This document shows, piece after piece, positions 48,225 through 57,520 of a stretch of 64,000 bases of DNA. Location of the stretch: assembly GCA_963675755.2 (NCBI GenBank), contig CAXXMD010000003.1, positions 2,336,001-2,400,000 of the forward strand, written 5' to 3'. The notes beneath the pieces are model-generated. The model saw only the letters and a program-made list of their open reading frames with translations. It was not told the DNA's origin and made no database searches. This DNA is from a bacterium (lineage in GTDB: Bacteria; Zhuqueibacterota; Zhuqueibacteria; Residuimicrobiales; Krinioviventaceae). Numbering within the stretch: position 1 is the stretch's first letter; each line of letters begins with the position of its first letter. Position numbers and translations under genes: made by a program.

Positions 48225-48226
48225 TT

Positions 48227-49171
48227 TCAATCCATTTTTATGACCAGTTTCTCCCTAATCCTTTCACCCTTTTCCATTGTGGTAATGGATTCCACGGCGC
48301 TATTCAATGGGACGGTTTTACCAATGACGGGTTTCAGAATGCCTTGTTCTGCCAGATCTGCAAGTTTGAACAGACGTTCACGTTTGCCCATAGTGTTGAA
48401 TACGGTATACGATTTGTTGGAAATCAAGGATGTCAACAAGGCTAATGGTAATCCGGAAGTGGGGATAATATGGATAAATGTTCCTCCCGGTTTAAGGATT
48501 TTCAGGCATTTGCTAAAAGAGAGTGTTCCCGGTGTATCGAAAATGATATCAAAAGAATGGGATACATTATTAACGGATGTACTCCGGTAATCATAGACCT
48601 CGTCGCAGCCCAGGTGTTCTGCTGCTTCCATATCGTAACTGCCGCAGAATCCGGTAACCTTGGCGCCCGAGCCTTTGGCAATCTGTACAGCCATGTGCCC
48701 CACACCACCCATACAGCCGTTTACCAGTACATCCATACCGGACATAAGGTTGGCTTTATCGTAAAATGCCTTGAGAACCGTACTGCCGGCAACACCAAAA
48801 CAGGCGGCTTGTTCAAAGGAGGCACTGTCCGGGAGTGGTACAGTCAATTCCGCATCCACAGCCACATATTCGGCAAAGGTGCCGCTATTGCGGTAATCGG
48901 CCCAGCCGAACACCCGATCTCCCGGATTCAGACCGGTTACATTGCTGCCGGTTTGTTCAACAATACCGCTAAAGTCGATACCCATCTGCCGGGGGAATCG
49001 ACTGCTGGTAACTAACCGTGCGAGCCCTGAACGCAGTTTCAAATCCACAGGATTGACCGATGTCGCCTTGACGCGCACCAGCACCTGGTTACTTTTAGGA
49101 ATCGGAGTGGGGATTTCACCGAGGTGCATGACCTCGGGGCCGCCGTAACGGTTATAGAGAATTGCTTTCAT
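48227..49171 (-). CDS. NADP-dependent MDR (quinone oxidoreductase-like) oxidoreductase
   Basis: MKAILYNRYGGPEV, SVNPVD, GIDFSG, GTFAEY, NGCMGGVG. Confidence 0.9.
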   Translation of the reverse strand: MKAILYNRYGGPEVMHLGEIPTPIPKSNQVLVRVKATSVNPVDLKLRSGLARLVTSSRFPRQMGIDFSGIVEQTGSNVTGLNPGDRVFGWADYRNSGTFAEYVAVDAELTVPLPDSASFEQAACFGVAGSTVLKAFYDKANLMSGMDVLVNGCMGGVGHMAVQIAKGSGAKVTGFCGSYDMEAAEHLGCDEVYDYRSTSVNNVSHSFDIIFDTPGTLSFSKCLKILKPGGTFIHIIPTSGLPLALLTSLISNKSYTVFNTMGKRERLFKLADLAEQGILKPVIGKTVPLNSAVESITTMEKGERIREKLVIKMD

Positions 49172-49373
49172 AGAATAATACGCTTTCAATTGTTTTAATG
49201 GGGTAACAAAATTGTTCAAATGTTATTCCATTAGATTGCTTGAACAGTGAATTGTGGATTGTAAACAATTATCATATTGTAATATTCAGTTATCAAATAT
49301 TTTGGAATATTAAAATAAAATTTTATATTATTGTCTCTCTTTACGTCAAATCAAAAAAATTAGAGGACAAATT

Positions 49374-51716
49374 ATGGGTAAATCGTTTTTCAGTTTCCTG
49401 ATCATTGCACTGACCAGCACGTTCTGCCTGGCCGGTGGTGGTCAAAAATCTGCTGTAGATTATGTTGATCCTTTTATTGGTACTGACTTTTTTGCACATA
49501 CCTACCCCGGAGCAGTTGTTCCGTTCAGTATGGTGCAATTGAGTCCTGATACCTATAACCAGGGCTGGACCTATTGTTCCGGTTATCAGTACAAGGATTT
49601 TTCACTGATGGGATTCAGTCATACCCATCTTTCCGGAACCGGTGGCGCGGAAATGGGCGATATCTTGATCATGCCTACAACCGGACAAAAAATTTATGTT
49701 GTTCCCGGTACACGGGAAAATCCGGATGAAGGGTATCGTTCCCGTTTCAGTCATGACCGTGAATGGGCAACTCCCGGATATTACGCTGTAGATCTGCTGG
49801 ATTATGACATAAAAGCAGAGTTGACAGCTACCAAACGTGTAGGAGTTCACCGCTATACCTTTCCAAAAAGCGAAAATGCCCATATCATTATGGACCTGAC
49901 CCATGTGATTGGAGATGCTCCTGAAGCTCCATCTCATGTAGAGTTTATAAATAATTATAAAATGCAAGGTTGGAAACAAAGTGCAACCGTTAAAGTGTAT
50001 TTTGTAGCCGAGTTCAGCAAACCCTTTGCGGCTTTTGGAACCTGGGATACTTCGTATGATATGCCGGAATCTGATGAAGATTTGTACCCCTATCACACAC
50101 ACGAAACCGGTAATGCAATCGGTGCGTTTGTAAATTATGTTACGACCGAAGGTGAACAGGTTGTTGTCAAAGTTGCAATTTCTTATGTAAGTGTTGAAGG
50201 CGCACAGAAAAATCTGGATGCTGAAGTCCCACATTGGGATTTTGAACAGGTCCGTTATGAGGCCCGTGAAACATGGGCTAAAGCATTGTCTGCCATTGAT
50301 ATTCAAGGTGGAACCGAAGAACAGAAACAGATCTTTTATACCGGATTATATCATTCATTACTTCCCCAGTACATCAGCTCGGATGTAGATGGAAAATATG
50401 TAGGTATGGATGGCAGTATTCAGACTGCAAAAGATTTCGAGTTCTTTCCCACATTTCTGGCCTGGGATACGTTTCGTTCAGAACATCCATTGATTACCCT
50501 TGTAGCTCCCGAATATGTGGATGATATTGTAAAATCAATTGAATCCAAAGTCAGAACATATGGCTGGCTGCCGGCACAGCATACACGTAACCAGTTCCAA
50601 CAGGGCATGGTTGGCGATCACCTGGTACCTATTGTGGTAGATGCCTATATGAAGGGTTTTCGTGATTTTGATGTAGAGTTTTTGTATAATGCCATGAAAG
50701 CCAAGGCTACTACAGAGGCGCCATCCAAATATCCCAGCGATCACAGTCGCTCCGGTATTGATTTTACAAACAAGTTGGGGTATGCTCCTTGCGATCGTAT
50801 TACAGAATCGGTTTCCAATACTCTTGAATTTGCCTATAACGACTGGTGTCTGGCGCAGATGGCCAAAGAAATGGGCAAGATGGATGATTATGAAATGTTT
50901 ATGAAAAAAGCCGGAAACTATAAAAATGTTTGGGATGCTGAAACCCGTTTTATGCGTCCACGCAAAGTGAATGGTGATTTTCTGGAATTAAAAACTGATA
51001 AACAGGAAATCAAACATTACAAAGATCATTCTTATTTTGGCTATTTTGATCCATTTTTGATTGGCCGCAGACCCAATCGCCACTATTCAGAATCTGATGC
51101 ATGGGATTATCTCTGGTTTGTTCCGCATGATCCCAAAGGACTTGTTAATTTGTTTGGAAGTCAAGATGCTTTTATTGCCAAGTTGGATAGCCACTTTACC
51201 ATAAGTCCCGAAGTTTCTTTTCCGAAATATGTCGGTGTAGTGGGTACCTATGGTCAATATGTTCATGGTAACCAGCCTGCTCACCATGTGGCCTATATGT
51301 ATGATTACGCGGGCCAGCCCTGGAAAACCCAAATGCGCACTCGTCACATCATGGACTTTTTGTATCGCACCGGTCGTGCGGGAATCTGTGGTAATGATGA
51401 TATGGGTTCTTTGTCATCCTGGTATGTGTTAAGCGCAATGGGATTTTATCCTGTTAGTCCTGGCTCAAACGAGTATGCAATCGGTTCACCCTTGTTTGAT
51501 AAAGCGACCATCAACCTTGGTGCACCATACAGTGGTAAGGAATTTACAGTCAAGGCTGTAAATGTTTCTGCAGAGAATAAATACATCCAGTCCGCAAAAT
51601 TGAATGGCAGAGACCTGAATAAAGCAATTCTTCCTCAAGAAGCCATTGCGAATGGTGGTACCCTGGAATTGATTATGGGACCCGAGCCCAATAAATCATG
51701 GGGTTTGGGAGAATAG
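49374..51716 (+). CDS. Glycoside hydrolase family 92 (alpha-mannosidase-like)
   Basis: YVDPFIGT, MVQLSPDT, GFSHTHLSGTG, WDTFR, HGNQP, GNDDMG. Confidence 0.93.
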   Translation: MGKSFFSFLIIALTSTFCLAGGGQKSAVDYVDPFIGTDFFAHTYPGAVVPFSMVQLSPDTYNQGWTYCSGYQYKDFSLMGFSHTHLSGTGGAEMGDILIMPTTGQKIYVVPGTRENPDEGYRSRFSHDREWATPGYYAVDLLDYDIKAELTATKRVGVHRYTFPKSENAHIIMDLTHVIGDAPEAPSHVEFINNYKMQGWKQSATVKVYFVAEFSKPFAAFGTWDTSYDMPESDEDLYPYHTHETGNAIGAFVNYVTTEGEQVVVKVAISYVSVEGAQKNLDAEVPHWDFEQVRYEARETWAKALSAIDIQGGTEEQKQIFYTGLYHSLLPQYISSDVDGKYVGMDGSIQTAKDFEFFPTFLAWDTFRSEHPLITLVAPEYVDDIVKSIESKVRTYGWLPAQHTRNQFQQGMVGDHLVPIVVDAYMKGFRDFDVEFLYNAMKAKATTEAPSKYPSDHSRSGIDFTNKLGYAPCDRITESVSNTLEFAYNDWCLAQMAKEMGKMDDYEMFMKKAGNYKNVWDAETRFMRPRKVNGDFLELKTDKQEIKHYKDHSYFGYFDPFLIGRRPNRHYSESDAWDYLWFVPHDPKGLVNLFGSQDAFIAKLDSHFTISPEVSFPKYVGVVGTYGQYVHGNQPAHHVAYMYDYAGQPWKTQMRTRHIMDFLYRTGRAGICGNDDMGSLSSWYVLSAMGFYPVSPGSNEYAIGSPLFDKATINLGAPYSGKEFTVKAVNVSAENKYIQSAKLNGRDLNKAILPQEAIANGGTLELIMGPEPNKSWGLGE

Positions 51717-51745
51717 ATCTAGATTTTTAAAGATATAAAGTAATC

Positions 51746-51809
51746 ACCACAGGGACACAGAGGTCACAGAGATTAGATTTATTCTCTGTGTACCCTGAGT
51801 CTCTGTGGT
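51746..51809. repeat. Mirrored triple-heptamer (CACAGAG) element
   Basis: CACAGGG/CACAGAG/CACAGAG at 51748, 51756, 51765; inverted CTCTGTG/CCCTGAG/CTCTGTG at 51784, 51793, 51801; lies between convergent genes. Confidence 0.85.
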
Positions 51810-51813
51810 TTTT

Positions 51814-52773
51814 TTATTCCTCAATACAAATTTCTTTTCTGCCAATTGCTTTGAATGTTTTGACCAATAAAACTGCGATGATCATGATCAAAACAACCAA
51901 GGCAGTCAATGCAATAATCTCAAATATCATATAATGCGTTACATGGGACATGAGTATGGATGCCAGGACAAATGCGGCAAGGGGAAAGGTATAGGCCCAC
52001 CATGACAGGAAAAAATTGATCTTGATAAAGTTTTTACCCTGCATAAATATAAAGAGAAAAAGAAATAACGCGGAATAATAGAGTATACGCGCGAATACAT
52101 CAAAATCACCGGTGAGCTTGTTGTATGCAATAAATCCTATAGCTGGCGCAGCAAAGAGTATGAACAGCGTCGGCAGCAGTTTGTCTGGCAAAGGATCATG
52201 AAAGATCAAGCGGTAAAAGATAATGGTCGTTAGCATAATCATCCAGATGGTACCAATGGTGAAAAAGAACCAGGAAATCTCGGGGTGTGCGTGTTGTACA
52301 CCGGCTATAGGTACAATTATATTGCCCACAACCGGGATGAACCATGCGGGACTTAGATGATGAATCTTGAAATGTTTATGTGTAACCCAGCCATTAAGAA
52401 TGTTAAAACTGAAAAAAAGTGTGAGAATTACACCGGCAATCCACAATCCTTTGGAAACACTCATGTTGAGCTGTAAAAACGCTACACTCAATACCAGGGG
52501 TACTTTGGCTATAAGCGGGAAAAAGTTGATCTTGATGGGATGGTGATACTCTTCAATTACATCCTGTTTGAACAAGATGAGTTTTAATCCATAAAACACA
52601 AGCATGGTAATATACAGGAGAATGGTAAAGCCAATAAACCCCAAGCTTACAGAATGGGGTAAAAAGGGTACCAGGGATTCTGTTTTGAGAAGGGCCAGAG
52701 AAAATCCGGCAAATCCCAATACGGGTGCAAAGAATGAAATGGGAAAGTGTTTTAATCTCAGCTGGTGTGTCAT
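51814..52773 (-). CDS. SLAC1/TehA (TDT) family anion channel
   Basis: HPIKINFFP, PAWFIPVVGNI, PTLFILFAAPA, FFLSWWAYTFP. Confidence 0.9.
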   Translation of the reverse strand: MTHQLRLKHFPISFFAPVLGFAGFSLALLKTESLVPFLPHSVSLGFIGFTILLYITMLVFYGLKLILFKQDVIEEYHHPIKINFFPLIAKVPLVLSVAFLQLNMSVSKGLWIAGVILTLFFSFNILNGWVTHKHFKIHHLSPAWFIPVVGNIIVPIAGVQHAHPEISWFFFTIGTIWMIMLTTIIFYRLIFHDPLPDKLLPTLFILFAAPAIGFIAYNKLTGDFDVFARILYYSALFLFLFIFMQGKNFIKINFFLSWWAYTFPLAAFVLASILMSHVTHYMIFEIIALTALVVLIMIIAVLLVKTFKAIGRKEICIEE

Positions 52774-52789
52774 GTTCTAGTCCTTTATT

Positions 52790-53758
52790 TTACAATGCGG
52801 CTTGAAATAATATGGTTAACAGATTGCCTGTGTTTTCATCGTCAATGATTTCGTAATTAATCAACAACCGGTTCAGGGGATTAAAATAATACCCGGCGCT
52901 TAATGTTGAACGGGATTTTTCACTGCCCTGGTCATCGTTATACTTGTCGAATCTGAATCCTGCTTCTATATTTTTGGGAAACATATAGGTAGTATAGAGG
53001 TAATACCCTTCAGGAGTGATGTTTTCAAGGCTTGTATAGCTTTCATACTTGGCACGAATATATTCTGATTGGACGGTCAGAGATTGTTTTTGATACCGGA
53101 ACAAAAATCCCAATGCAGACTCGTCCAGCTCTTGTTCGTTCCAGGGACGGCTACCGCTGTAAACGGAAAGTCCCGCAAGAAAATGCTTTTGTATCTCTGC
53201 TCCAACAAAGGCAGCCAGGTCCTTTTTATTATTGTTGTCGGTTGTATTGGGGCCCGTACCATTAAAAACCATGGCTTTTACATGTAATTTGAATGTATCG
53301 CTAAACGGGAAAAGGGTTTCAGCGGCCAAACCGGTGTCTCTGTATAATGAGCCTTCCGCCCCCAGTTTTTTAACAATATTGGTTGTAATAAAAGAAGGGG
53401 ATACAAACTTCCATCTTACCAGAGGGCCATAGGCTTCGTATCCGAATGGGTATTTGAATTGTCCCGCACGCAGGGATAAATATTTATCCACCTGATATTT
53501 GACCCAGGCTTGCATTAAAACCTGGCTTTTCACATTGCCCATGGCGTGAAAGCTCCATTTGTCTGCGGTTTTACCGTTTACCAACAGCATTGCTGTGTTG
53601 ATTTGGAACGTGTTATCCGGATTTGCATTGTCGGATTCGTTCTGGATATAACTGCTTTGGATCCAGACACCCCAGTCCGGTTCTATGGATTGCTTTTCCT
53701 GTGCAAAGAGCATACTGGTTGCAAATAGCAAAAGTAATAGCGATGTAAAAGATTTCAT
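52790..53758 (-). CDS. OprO/OprP-like anion-selective porin
   Basis: Signal peptide; LRAGQFKYPFG, RDTG, VFNGTG..DNNNKKD. Confidence 0.78.
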   Translation of the reverse strand: MKSFTSLLLLLFATSMLFAQEKQSIEPDWGVWIQSSYIQNESDNANPDNTFQINTAMLLVNGKTADKWSFHAMGNVKSQVLMQAWVKYQVDKYLSLRAGQFKYPFGYEAYGPLVRWKFVSPSFITTNIVKKLGAEGSLYRDTGLAAETLFPFSDTFKLHVKAMVFNGTGPNTTDNNNKKDLAAFVGAEIQKHFLAGLSVYSGSRPWNEQELDESALGFLFRYQKQSLTVQSEYIRAKYESYTSLENITPEGYYLYTTYMFPKNIEAGFRFDKYNDDQGSEKSRSTLSAGYYFNPLNRLLINYEIIDDENTGNLLTILFQAAL

Positions 53759-54025
53759 AGTGATTTCCAATATTTTAGTAACACATGGGATAAATTGTTA
53801 TTAAATAAGATGAAGGCCAGAGGTGAAAGATTCAAGGTTTTATAAATAAATGATTCAATAAGATAAGCTTTATTAATAATTTTTATAATGGTCATCTAGA
53901 GCTTTGAAGCCTGTTAAAGAACTGCATTTGACATGATGCAAAGCTGGGATGATGTTTTAATCTTGAATTTTTTTCGTTTTCAAGTGTAATATAAAGAGAG
54001 GAATAGAACAATTGGAGGTGTAATA

Positions 54026-54652
54026 ATGAAAAAAATACAACCTTTTAAGAATATGGATACTGCAATTGAATCTCTGGATAACGGTGGACATTTTTATAAT
54101 ATTTTAACCAAAGCGGATGATGGCATTATAAGTCGATCTGAATTGGGCAAAGTTGGGGGTGTTTTTAACGATAAACAACAAATGATGCTTTTTCTGGAAA
54201 TGTCTTTGCTTGCATTCAGTCAAACGGATAAAGATTTGATTCTTGCAAAGCTTGACAAAGATTTGACAACGAGTTATCTTGAATTCAAGTCTCAAGAACT
54301 ACTGCCTTCGGAAGCTAAAAAAGATGGGATTATCTCCTCAAATGCAATTATAACCGGAATACCCAAGCTTGTAGATTCACGATCTGATTTTGTGGGATTT
54401 ATCATGTTCCCCATCATGAGCGGTGATGTACCCACAATGATGATGATACCCATGACTGACGAGTATGATGTATATGAACTACGGGATGAGGAAATATCGG
54501 ATACATTTTTAATCGCTCATGCCAAAGATGAAATGAAACTACCGAACGAAAAAATAATATTGGGTGGAGTCATTAAAGAACTGCAAGCTGTAAAAAAAGC
54601 AGGCAGCCCGACAGGGAAATTTCTTGAGGTTGTTTATTACTGTGATTGTTGA
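54026..54652 (+). CDS. Hypothetical protein
   Basis: 208-aa ORF with strong GGAGG RBS; no motif recognised. Confidence 0.7.
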   Translation: MKKIQPFKNMDTAIESLDNGGHFYNILTKADDGIISRSELGKVGGVFNDKQQMMLFLEMSLLAFSQTDKDLILAKLDKDLTTSYLEFKSQELLPSEAKKDGIISSNAIITGIPKLVDSRSDFVGFIMFPIMSGDVPTMMMIPMTDEYDVYELRDEEISDTFLIAHAKDEMKLPNEKIILGGVIKELQAVKKAGSPTGKFLEVVYYCDC

Positions 54653-54697
54653 TTTGCCTATAACAATTGGCAGAATACGACCAGGAGCTTTGTCTCT

Positions 54698-56410
54698 TTA
54701 AAAATAAAACCTGAATCCTGCATTAAAATTGAAATGATTGCCGCTTGTTTCTTCTTCAAGGTCTATGGTATTGTTTTCAAAAGATGTATCATTAAAGTTT
54801 CCCCGTATCAGAATTATTGTTCCACCAATACTCATGTTCCGGGTTAACAGATAATCAACAGCAATTTCAGCATAACTGCCAAGGGTACTGCTTTCCAAAG
54901 TCAAATGTTCACCGAAAATGTTGCCTTTGTCGGTATAATCGAGTTTTCCTAATCCCAGGGCACCTGAGAAATAAAAGTTTTCTTTCAAGCGTTGATACGC
55001 GCAAAATACAGCTCCAGCAAATGTAAAAGTGAGGTCATCACTAATATCTCCATAGGCAAGCACTTCCATTGTGTCTTGATCATAGATATAGATATCATTG
55101 ATCGACCCAAAAGAATGAAATCTTGAATATCGTAATCCTATACCGTATTCGTGGGTAATAAACATCGTTGCTTCGATATTGATATTGTTTCCGCCTTTGA
55201 TTTCGTCATAATAATCATCCATGATTTCCGTGCTATTGGATGGGATTTCTGCCAGATACCTGCTGTAACCATATCCTAAACCCACATGGAATTTGTGCAG
55301 CATTTCTTTTTTCTTTGGATGAAATTGATTTTGATTTTCAGACGGTGTGTTTTGATATTCGGGCAAGCCGAGTTCGCCTGTATAGGCATTATTCTCTGCC
55401 GGATTTTCAGGTGTTTGAACTGTATTTTGAGATTGTCCACTTTGCGCAAGCGCTTTTTGTAAAATGCCGGGATCATAGCTTTCCAGCTTGGGATATATTT
55501 CAAGGTAAATCAATGAATCCTGTTTTATGGTATTGGTCTTGAAATAATTTGTTCCCAGGGTATCGATGAGAATATCTCCCTTTGGACCCAGGTATAACGA
55601 AATCGCATCATAGGAGTAATCGTTAACATAACCGGGGATGGCTCCTGATTTGGTTTTAAACTTTAATCCATTTTCATCCTGACTTATTAATTCGCCGGCG
55701 ATAATGGTATTTCTATTATCTTTTGTAATCAGCAGCGGACACCGTTTGAGGATTTCCGATTTGATTGTTTGAAATGGAGGGGTGTATTTTATAACAGGTT
55801 TGGCCACATTATCAATTTTGTATCGGCCATCCGGGCGAACCAGAAGCAATATGTCTTCCATGGCATAAAATTTTGTATCTGGATCATAAAACATGCTGAC
55901 GCGGTTTTGATCGAACAGGATCCCATTGTACAATTCCGCGACAAGTTTTCCTTTGAGCTTTTCACCGCTTTTCAATTTGAGTTCATAGGTCAGGGGTTTG
56001 TCCTGCATTTCTCTTCGGGGTTTGGATTTGGAAATATTTAATTTTTCGTATACGGATTCGTAAACATCCATGCCCTCATATGGGGATTGCGATTCCCAGT
56101 AATTGTAACCGTTTGGGGCCAGCAGTACTTTGCCTGAAGGATTAAGCAAGATTGAAATTTGTTGAAAAGAATAAAAATTTGATTGTGAGCTTGTTTGTGG
56201 TGTGTAATATAATCCACTATTGGTAAGCGAATCGATTTTGCCGAATATAACGCTGTCGGGTTGTGATTTTAATATTAATAACGGACAGTGTTGCGATACA
56301 ATTTTTTTCTTTTCTTCAGGTTTAATGGTGTTATTTGCAAAGGTAGTACTAAAACTTGTAACAAAAAAAATGAAAACAATAGCTGCAAAGGATCCCAAAT
56401 TATGCTTCAT
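54698..56410 (-). CDS. Outer-membrane protein with repeated N-terminal beta domains and C-terminal barrel
   Basis: Signal peptide; internal repeats (CPLLI..I.G.I); terminal AGFRFYF. Confidence 0.7.
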   Translation of the reverse strand: MKHNLGSFAAIVFIFFVTSFSTTFANNTIKPEEKKKIVSQHCPLLILKSQPDSVIFGKIDSLTNSGLYYTPQTSSQSNFYSFQQISILLNPSGKVLLAPNGYNYWESQSPYEGMDVYESVYEKLNISKSKPRREMQDKPLTYELKLKSGEKLKGKLVAELYNGILFDQNRVSMFYDPDTKFYAMEDILLLVRPDGRYKIDNVAKPVIKYTPPFQTIKSEILKRCPLLITKDNRNTIIAGELISQDENGLKFKTKSGAIPGYVNDYSYDAISLYLGPKGDILIDTLGTNYFKTNTIKQDSLIYLEIYPKLESYDPGILQKALAQSGQSQNTVQTPENPAENNAYTGELGLPEYQNTPSENQNQFHPKKKEMLHKFHVGLGYGYSRYLAEIPSNSTEIMDDYYDEIKGGNNINIEATMFITHEYGIGLRYSRFHSFGSINDIYIYDQDTMEVLAYGDISDDLTFTFAGAVFCAYQRLKENFYFSGALGLGKLDYTDKGNIFGEHLTLESSTLGSYAEIAVDYLLTRNMSIGGTIILIRGNFNDTSFENNTIDLEEETSGNHFNFNAGFRFYF

Positions 56411-56540
56411 AATATCGCCCCTGTTTCTTAAAGTGTTTTTAACCCCTGGGAGTTGTTAAAAGATAATAGAACAAATGATCAGATACAAGTGAAAATACGT
56501 TGATTTGTACGGTATAATAAATCAGCTTTAAATACAAGTG

Positions 56541-56643
56541 TCCTGTTTGAAATCAATAAGGAATTGCCCTGCACCTCCGAGGTGCCGGGCAATTATTGTT
56601 CTTGTAGTATTCTGAACCATTATCGGCATTTTCAAGTGCAGGG
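56541..56643. repeat. REP-containing direct repeat, left copy
   Basis: 103 bp, 10 mismatches to 57304-57406 by hand count; contains a 33-bp palindrome at 56562-56594. Confidence 0.9.
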
Positions 56644-56653
56644 AGATATCAAG

Positions 56654-57238
56654 TCAATCAATCAAATATGGTTTAATCTTAATCGAAAAATCCTTATGAG
56701 GTATATAATCCTTAACAAAAAGTTCATATTCTTTTGGTGATTGAAAATAGTCATATAACCATTTTGAGTTGAATAAAGAATTGTTCCTTTTGTTAATCCA
56801 ATCTTAATAATCTGAATATTGATAATTCTCAAGTTGAGTTACTAGTGGTTTTTTTCTGTCTATAGGATTACGATGTATATAACGTATCAAATGGACCATA
56901 TATGAGTTATCATCAACCAGAATGCATTTGAATCTGCCCTGAAATAAAGTTCCGTTTCGATTATACATTTTGTTAAATGCCTTTGAATAGCAGTTGAATA
57001 AATTAAATATGTATTTTGATATGGGGGTGTTTTCTTTTTGTTGCAAAAGGAAATGGAAGTGGTTTGGCATTAGGCAGTAAGCGATTATTTCTATATTAAG
57101 AGACTTGCAATATTTTTGGATTTTTTCTATCAGGTAGATATAATTGTCATGAGTTTTAAAAATTATTTCATTGTTAATACTTTTGTTATAAACGTGATAA
57201 CATTCCCCACTATTAAATGTTATTTTACGTTGTGGCAT
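56654..57238 (-). pseudogene. REP-associated tyrosine transposase (Y1 HUH) with in-frame TAA
   Basis: YHVYN, AYCLMPNHFHFLL, LFQGRFK, YIHRNP; after TAA at 56804-56806 the frame stays open 49 more codons (DWINKRNN...KPYLID) to TGA at 56654. Confidence 0.8.
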
Positions 57239-57303
57239 GTATTCCCCTCAAGATTGTTGTTAAAAGAATATAAAGGTTTATAATAAATATGCAACTTAAA
57301 ATT

Positions 57304-57406
57304 TCTTGTTTGAAATTAATAGGGATTTGCCCGGCACCTCCGAGGTGCCGGGCAAATATTGTTCTTGTAGTATTTTGAACCATTATCAGCATTTTCAAGA
57401 GCCGGG
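57304..57406. repeat. REP-containing direct repeat, right copy
   Basis: Perfect palindrome ATTTGCCCGGCACCTC-C-GAGGTGCCGGGCAAAT at 57325-57357. Confidence 0.9.
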
Positions 57407-57520
57407 CAAGTATTGACCTAAAATCAACCTTTGCAATTGTGGCATCTTGTTTGTATATTAAAAGTTTATAATTCATTTGTCCTGGCTTAGGGCCTTTAAT
57501 TACCTTACAAGGAGCATGTT

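Larger units (their letters stand above)
56541..57406 (-). mobile_element. RAYT / IS200-like Y1 element with flanking REP-bearing repeats
   Basis: AT-rich HUH-Y1 transposase gene bracketed by two GC-rich palindrome-bearing direct repeats. Confidence 0.8.

Noticed and set aside
53771-54025. Possible riboswitch upstream of the porin/TDT operon
   Set aside because: No fluoride, cobalamin, TPP or other consensus recognisable by eye; an Rfam scan would be needed
56804-56806. Programmed stop-codon readthrough or alternative genetic code
   Set aside because: TAA is the normal stop for many genes in the window; a simple nonsense mutation or sequencing error is more parsimonious
57225-57476. 83-aa ORF upstream of the transposase
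   Set aside because: Spans the REP repeat; likely spurious
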